Of a stretch of 64,000 bases of DNA, positions 59,067-64,000 are shown in pieces (the stretch's first letter is position 1; each line of letters opens with the position of its first letter). The notes under the pieces were generated by a model. That model was not told the DNA's origin and searched no databases. It saw nothing but the letters and a program-made list of their open reading frames with translations. The DNA is from Candidatus Saccharimonadota bacterium (GTDB lineage: Bacteria; Patescibacteriota; Saccharimonadia; Saccharimonadales; UBA4665). Location of the stretch: positions 1,179 to 65,178 of the forward strand of contig DAHXLE010000012.1 in assembly GCA_027371825.1 (NCBI GenBank), written 5' to 3'. The translations under genes were made by a program, and so were the position numbers.

Positions 59067-60233
59067 ATGCTTAATGGACTGGCCCGCAAACATATCACTG
59101 CCTATAAAAGGTATATATCGCACAAGTATAAAGCTCTAAACACTATTGAGCTGAAACGTTCAGCGCTACTGTTTAACGTTCAGCTGTATAAGTCGATAAA
59201 TTCTGACATAGACATTATCCCGGTCCTCAAAGCTAATGCCTATGGTCACGGGTTGAGGGAAGTGGCAGAGATTCTGAACGATACAAAATGCCTATTCCTG
59301 GCGGTAGACGGTTATTTTGAAGCAGCTCGTATTTCTCATATTTCCAAACATCGTATTTTAGTCCTCGGGTATATTGATCCTGTAAATGTTAATCTGCTTG
59401 CAACGAAGCGTTGCTCATTTGTAGTTCAAGACATAAGTATGCTCCGGGCATTAGGAAACTTAGGTAAACCCGTCAAGGTACATATGGAATTAAACACCGG
59501 CATGAATCGTCTCGGATTATCACCGGCTCAGGTCGGCTCGTACTTAACCGCCATCAAGCAATATAAAAACATCGAGCTAGAGGGTGTCATGACCCATCTG
59601 TCCGATGCCGACAACCCACGCTCTAAGGACGTCATCATAGAACAGATCAGACGCTTCGATCAGCAGATAGAAAAAATACTCAAGTCCGGTATACGCCCCA
59701 AGTATTTTCACGCCGCTAACAGTGCCGGAATCATCAAGGTTCACAGTAAATATATGAATGCTGCGCGCGTTGGGCTGGGTCTTTACGGAATAAGTCCGCT
59801 ACAAGACATAGATGAATATAGCCATAGATTCAACGACCTACAGCCCGTCCTGGAACTTAAAAGCACTATAATAAAGACCATAGACTTAAAGGTAAATGAA
59901 CGCGTTAGCTACAACGGGACATTTGTTGCCAAAAAACCGACCCGTATAGCCGTATTACCGCTCGGTTATTATGAGGGGGTACCAAGAAGTCTGAGCAACA
60001 GAGGATATATAACCTATAAAGACAAGGTTTTTCCCATCGTGGGACGAGTCTGCATGAATCATACGATGATTAATCTGGGTAAAGAAAAACTTGCAGTCGG
60101 AGATGAAGTCGTAGTTATCAGCAGCGACAAGAACGATCCCAATTCTATTGCATCTATCTCAAAGAACTTGGGTGAATTCAGTTACTCTACTTTAGTCAAT
60201 TTGGATGCCACGGTAAGACGAATAGTTGTTTGA
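59067..60233 (+). CDS. alr: alanine racemase
   Basis: The PLP-lysine motif is PVLKANAYGHG. It also carries THLSDAD and PLGYYEG. Confidence 0.93.
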   Translation: MLNGLARKHITAYKRYISHKYKALNTIELKRSALLFNVQLYKSINSDIDIIPVLKANAYGHGLREVAEILNDTKCLFLAVDGYFEAARISHISKHRILVLGYIDPVNVNLLATKRCSFVVQDISMLRALGNLGKPVKVHMELNTGMNRLGLSPAQVGSYLTAIKQYKNIELEGVMTHLSDADNPRSKDVIIEQIRRFDQQIEKILKSGIRPKYFHAANSAGIIKVHSKYMNAARVGLGLYGISPLQDIDEYSHRFNDLQPVLELKSTIIKTIDLKVNERVSYNGTFVAKKPTRIAVLPLGYYEGVPRSLSNRGYITYKDKVFPIVGRVCMNHTMINLGKEKLAVGDEVVVISSDKNDPNSIASISKNLGEFSYSTLVNLDATVRRIVV

Positions 60234-60256
60234 TACCCAAAGACCACCTAACGGGC

Positions 60257-60273
60257 TTCACTATAGCCAAAAA
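60257..60273 (+). repeat. 17-nt exact repeat, copy B (TTCACTATAGCCAAAAA)
   Basis: It lies 24 nt after the alr stop and is identical to 57803-57819. A 7-bp inverted repeat, AGCCAGG...CCTGGCT, follows. Confidence 0.6.
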
Positions 60274-60382
60274 GAAGATATACAGCCAGGGCATCATGCT
60301 ATGTTTTTTAGCCTGGCTAGTAACCTATCATTACGAGATTATCTGTGACCGGCTATGACACGATTAGTGATATTATAAGAAT

Positions 60383-60955
60383 ATGACTGATGCAAATGTT
60401 AATACGGGTAATAAAGCTTTGGTTGTAATTGACCTTCAGAAAGCTATAGTGTCGCGTCCATGCATGCCTTATGATTCTCAGACTGTTGTGTCAAACGCTA
60501 AGCTTTTAGCCGATGCCTTTCGCGGTAAAGACATGCCGGTATTTTTGGTGCACGTAGTCCGGTCGGCCGATGGTAAAGATGCCCTGCACCCACCGTCCGA
60601 TAATAGCGGTTGGTCGAGTCCAATGACGCCGGACGGTACGGATTTTGTGTCGGAGCTGGGCCAAGTACCTTCTGACTTTGTTATTTCAAAACGTCAGTGG
60701 GGAGCGTTCTATGGCACGGAGCTTGATCTACAACTCAGACGTCGCAGTATAGACACTATTGTTCTGTGTGGAATTTCAACCGATATAGGCGTTGAAAGTA
60801 CCGCTCGAAATGCCTATGAACTTGGTTACGGTCAAATCTTTGCCGAGGATGCTATGAGTGCGATGTCCAAAGAAGAGCATGACCACACGGTGCAGAAGAT
60901 ATTCCCGCGCATTGGGCGAGTCTTGAAAACACAGGATATTGTAAACTTGCTGTAA
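60383..60955 (+). CDS. isochorismatase-family cysteine hydrolase
   Basis: It carries ALVVIDLQKA. The catalytic Cys block is IVLCGISTDIGVESTARNAYELGY. Confidence 0.88.
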   Translation: MTDANVNTGNKALVVIDLQKAIVSRPCMPYDSQTVVSNAKLLADAFRGKDMPVFLVHVVRSADGKDALHPPSDNSGWSSPMTPDGTDFVSELGQVPSDFVISKRQWGAFYGTELDLQLRRRSIDTIVLCGISTDIGVESTARNAYELGYGQIFAEDAMSAMSKEEHDHTVQKIFPRIGRVLKTQDIVNLL

Positions 60956-61002
60956 GACACGATCGTAAGCTAATCATATTCCTCTCTGATATACTTATAT
61001 CC

Positions 61003-63480
61003 GTGAAACGATACAACCCTAAAGTAATAGAACCAAAATGGCAGCAAACATGGGAATCTGAGGGCATATACAATTCCACCGACGATTCCACTAAGCCGAA
61101 GAAGTATATACTAGAATATTTTCCATACCCGAGCGGAGCCGCCATGCACGTCGGTCATGTTCGTAACTATACTATCGGCGATGTTATGGCCAGATATGCC
61201 CGTATGCAAGGTTATAACGTCCTTCACCCCATGGGATGGGACGCGTTCGGTCTACCGGCGGAGAATTATGCGATCAAAAATAAAATCAGTCCCAAGATAG
61301 CCATAGAACAAAACACAACTCGCTTTAAGCATCAACTGCAACAGATGGGCTTTAGCTACGATTGGACCCGAGAGATTAATAGTACCGACCCACGATTTTA
61401 TCGCTGGACTCAATGGTTTTTTCTGCTGCTATTTAAAAAAGGATTGGCTTATCAGAAAGAAAGCTTGCAGTGGTGGTGTCCGTTTGATAAAACCGTCCTT
61501 GCCAATGAGCAAGTAGAGAATGGTCGGTGCTGGCGGTGCGGTAATACCGTAGAAAAGAAAGCATTGAAGCAATGGTTCTTTAAAATTACTGACTATGCCG
61601 ACAGATTGCTTGAAGATCTTGACGATCTTGACTGGCCGGAAGCTATCAAATCTATGCAGCGTAACTGGATAGGGCGCTCGACAGGAGCTGAGATCAAGTT
61701 TGCAATCGTCGATCATGACACCAGCATAAATGTCTTTACCACCAGACCGGATACAATCTTTGGCGTTACTTTTCTTGTCGTAGCTCCTGAACATCCGTTA
61801 TTAAAGACGATTACAACAAAGGCACACGCTGTACGTGTCGATGAGTATATTAAAACTTCCCAGGCTAAGTCAGACATAGAACGGCAGGAAACTACTCGAA
61901 AAAAAACAGGGGTGTTTACGGGATCGTATGCTATTAACCCGATCAATAATGAAATAATACCCATTTGGACTGCGGACTATGTTCTTATGGGTTATGGTAC
62001 TGGAGCCATAATGGCGGTACCCAGTCATGACGACAGGGATTATGAGTTTGCCGAGAAGTTTGGTTTACCGAAAAGACCGGTAATAGTATCACCCGACGAC
62101 ACGATCGAAAATCCGACTTCCCCACAAAACACCCCAACCCTTAGTTCCGAAGGCCTTATGATAAATTCCGGCAAATATAACGGATTAGCGTCAGCTGTAG
62201 CCCGGGACAACATTGTTTCGGACTTAGAGAAGCAAAAAGCAGGGAAATTAAGAGTTAACTACAAAATTCGTGATTGGCTTATAAGTAGGCAAAGGTACTG
62301 GGGCGCTCCCATACCGATCGTTCATTGTGAAAAAGATGGAGCAGTAGCGGTTAATGAAGATCAGTTGCCGGTACTTCTGCCGGAGATTGAAAACTACGAA
62401 CCAAGCGGTGAAGGAAGAAGCCCGCTGGCTAAAGTTCCGGATTTTGTTAATACTTCCTGCCCCCTGTGTGGCGGTCCGGCCCAAAGAGAGACTGACACCA
62501 TGGACGGTTTTGCTTGTTCCAGCTGGTACTTTTTGAGATTTGCCGATCCCCACAATGACTCCAAGCCGTTTGATGAGCGCTTGGCTGAGCAGTGGCTCCC
62601 GGTTGACGACTATATAGGTGGTGCTGAGCACGCCGTCATGCATTTGCTCTATGCAAGATTTTGGACAAAAGTCATGTTTGATGAAGGGCTAATAAAGTTC
62701 GAAGAGCCTTTCTCGGCACTCAGAAATCAGGGTATGATCCTTGCTCCGGATGGTCAAAAGATGAGTAAGAGCAAAGGCAACACCATTGAACCCGATAATC
62801 TCATAGGACAGGGTTACGGTGCTGATAGTATACGGATTATGGAGCTGTTTATTGGTCCATGGAACCAGGCGGCTAACTGGAGTGTCGACGGCATGGGAGG
62901 TGCTTTTAGATTTTTACAACGCACTTGGGTTCTTGTTCAAGAGTTTATTGAGTCGAAAACAAATAAGCCTGACGCCGGCCGGATAACAGACAGTCAAGTT
63001 ATGCTTAGGACGGTTCATTCGACAATCAAAAAAGTTACTGATGACATCGAATCGTTAAGTTTCAATACCGCTATCGCAGCCCAGATGGAGCTTATTAACG
63101 GACTATATAAACAAAAAGCCAAAGATCGGTTTTCGGATCAACAAATCTGGGAATATGCCATAACGACCGCAGTGAAACTATTGGCCCCATTCGCGCCTCA
63201 TATCAGTGAAGAGTTATGGCATATGCTCGGAAATAATTCTTTTGTCAACCAGAGTGAATGGCCAAAATATGATCCTGCTTACTTACTGCCTGAGAAGGTG
63301 ACCATAGCGGTACAAATAAACGGCAAGTTACGCGATGTCATTGAAGTTAAGCCCGGTAGCGTGCAATCAGAAGTCGAGTCTATGGCCTTAAGTTCCGACG
63401 TGGTCAAAAAACTTGTCGGTGACCAAAAGATCAAAAAAACGATCTTTATCCCGGATAAGCTAATAAACTTTGTTATCTAG
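61003..63480 (+). CDS. leuS: leucine--tRNA ligase
   Basis: The HIGH motif is GAAMHVGHVRNY. The KMSKS motif is KMSKSKGN. A CP1 editing domain is present. It is 825 aa with a GTG start. Confidence 0.96.
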   Translation: MKRYNPKVIEPKWQQTWESEGIYNSTDDSTKPKKYILEYFPYPSGAAMHVGHVRNYTIGDVMARYARMQGYNVLHPMGWDAFGLPAENYAIKNKISPKIAIEQNTTRFKHQLQQMGFSYDWTREINSTDPRFYRWTQWFFLLLFKKGLAYQKESLQWWCPFDKTVLANEQVENGRCWRCGNTVEKKALKQWFFKITDYADRLLEDLDDLDWPEAIKSMQRNWIGRSTGAEIKFAIVDHDTSINVFTTRPDTIFGVTFLVVAPEHPLLKTITTKAHAVRVDEYIKTSQAKSDIERQETTRKKTGVFTGSYAINPINNEIIPIWTADYVLMGYGTGAIMAVPSHDDRDYEFAEKFGLPKRPVIVSPDDTIENPTSPQNTPTLSSEGLMINSGKYNGLASAVARDNIVSDLEKQKAGKLRVNYKIRDWLISRQRYWGAPIPIVHCEKDGAVAVNEDQLPVLLPEIENYEPSGEGRSPLAKVPDFVNTSCPLCGGPAQRETDTMDGFACSSWYFLRFADPHNDSKPFDERLAEQWLPVDDYIGGAEHAVMHLLYARFWTKVMFDEGLIKFEEPFSALRNQGMILAPDGQKMSKSKGNTIEPDNLIGQGYGADSIRIMELFIGPWNQAANWSVDGMGGAFRFLQRTWVLVQEFIESKTNKPDAGRITDSQVMLRTVHSTIKKVTDDIESLSFNTAIAAQMELINGLYKQKAKDRFSDQQIWEYAITTAVKLLAPFAPHISEELWHMLGNNSFVNQSEWPKYDPAYLLPEKVTIAVQINGKLRDVIEVKPGSVQSEVESMALSSDVVKKLVGDQKIKKTIFIPDKLINFVI

Positions 63481-63952
63481 CATCCGGGTTCTTGACAACA
63501 CTCGGAGGAACTTCTAAAGAGTAGTAAAAATGCGGTTGTTGCCCGTTAGGGTTTTGTGTGGGCTTCATGTAGACGGTGTTAGTAGCAGTAGGCCAGTTGA
63601 GTCTTTCGAGCACAAGAACGTATGCCCCTAAACTACACTTTACGTTTGCTAGATTGTTTCGAATGGTTGATTCTGCTATTTGGCTTAACGGTTGGGGCAC
63701 GCCTTCGGGATCGGCCGGCACAATTATCATTCTAGTAGGACTACTGTCGTTCACGACACAATCTAAAGAGGCGGGACGTGTCGGTGGATGCTGGAGTGCC
63801 GTAACTTTTTTTAAAGGAGTTATGGTTGTTGAGAATTCTTGTATAGACAGTAACGATACCCCCACCACTACAGTTCCTGCCATTAAGGCGGTCATTAAGC
63901 GTTTCTCGCGGGTCTTGTAATAGTCTTCTTCAATCTTGGCCATGGTTGGCAT
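63473..63952 (-). CDS. hypothetical membrane-anchored protein
   Basis: It is 159 aa with one TM helix (LMTALMAGTVVVGVSLLSI). Its 3' end overlaps the leuS stop region by 8 nt. No family was recognised. Confidence 0.55.
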   Translation of the reverse strand: MPTMAKIEEDYYKTREKRLMTALMAGTVVVGVSLLSIQEFSTTITPLKKVTALQHPPTRPASLDCVVNDSSPTRMIIVPADPEGVPQPLSQIAESTIRNNLANVKCSLGAYVLVLERLNWPTATNTVYMKPTQNPNGQQPHFYYSLEVPPSVVKNPDAR

Positions 63953-64000
63953 AAAATGATTGGAAATTCTTTCCTCGCCCGGAGAAAGGTTACAGGCCTC

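Overview
Gene-dense chromosomal segment with about 60 CDS, 4 tRNAs, strong plus-strand bias and many ATGA/TTGA start-stop overlaps. It reads like a small-genome, monoderm-type bacterium of the Patescibacteria/CPR kind (Saccharibacteria-like). That taxonomic call is inference from gene content and protein divergence only. The standard genetic code fits. Most genes are housekeeping: a tRNA-Ala/Cys/Leu cluster, HIT+NUDIX, a SAM riboswitch with metK, metG, tatD, cysteine desulfurase, an F-type ATPase operon, mnmA, murJ, padR, lepA, alaS, an ftsA-like gene, ruvX, mltG, a LysM-CHAP hydrolase, obg, sbcB, uvrA, rplY, uvrC, pepP, secG, an orphan family-5 SBP, tRNA-Leu, murF-like-ddl-alr, an isochorismatase-family gene and leuS. 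No rRNA, CRISPR array, transposase or integrase was seen. Two adjacent loci stand out. (1) The F-type ATPase operon (9196-15124) has no recognisable a subunit. In the atpE position it encodes a signal-peptide protein with a roughly 190-aa extracytoplasmic domain fused to a c-subunit-like helical hairpin, and the canonical ion-binding carboxylate position in that hairpin is Leu. (2) Immediately next to it (15121-22809) is a seven-gene envelope locus. It holds four paralogous secreted Cys-pair proteins that end in a conserved G-x-Y-T...aromatic C-terminal strand, which resembles Csu/SCPU pilins or WxL-type proteins. It also holds a membrane-anchored two-Ig-like-domain protein with CscA/DUF916-like architecture, a PKD-domain anchor protein and a Pro-rich/beta-helix adhesin-like protein. 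This looks like an uncharacterised surface-fibre or adhesion system. Smaller observations: a membrane-anchored MurF-like ligase, a 17-nt exact repeat bracketing ddl-alr, a three-tier nested inverted repeat after lepA, a long structured leader before the LysM-CHAP gene, an AlaRS without the C-Ala domain, and a SET-domain gene plus orphan large proteins next to tRNA-Leu.
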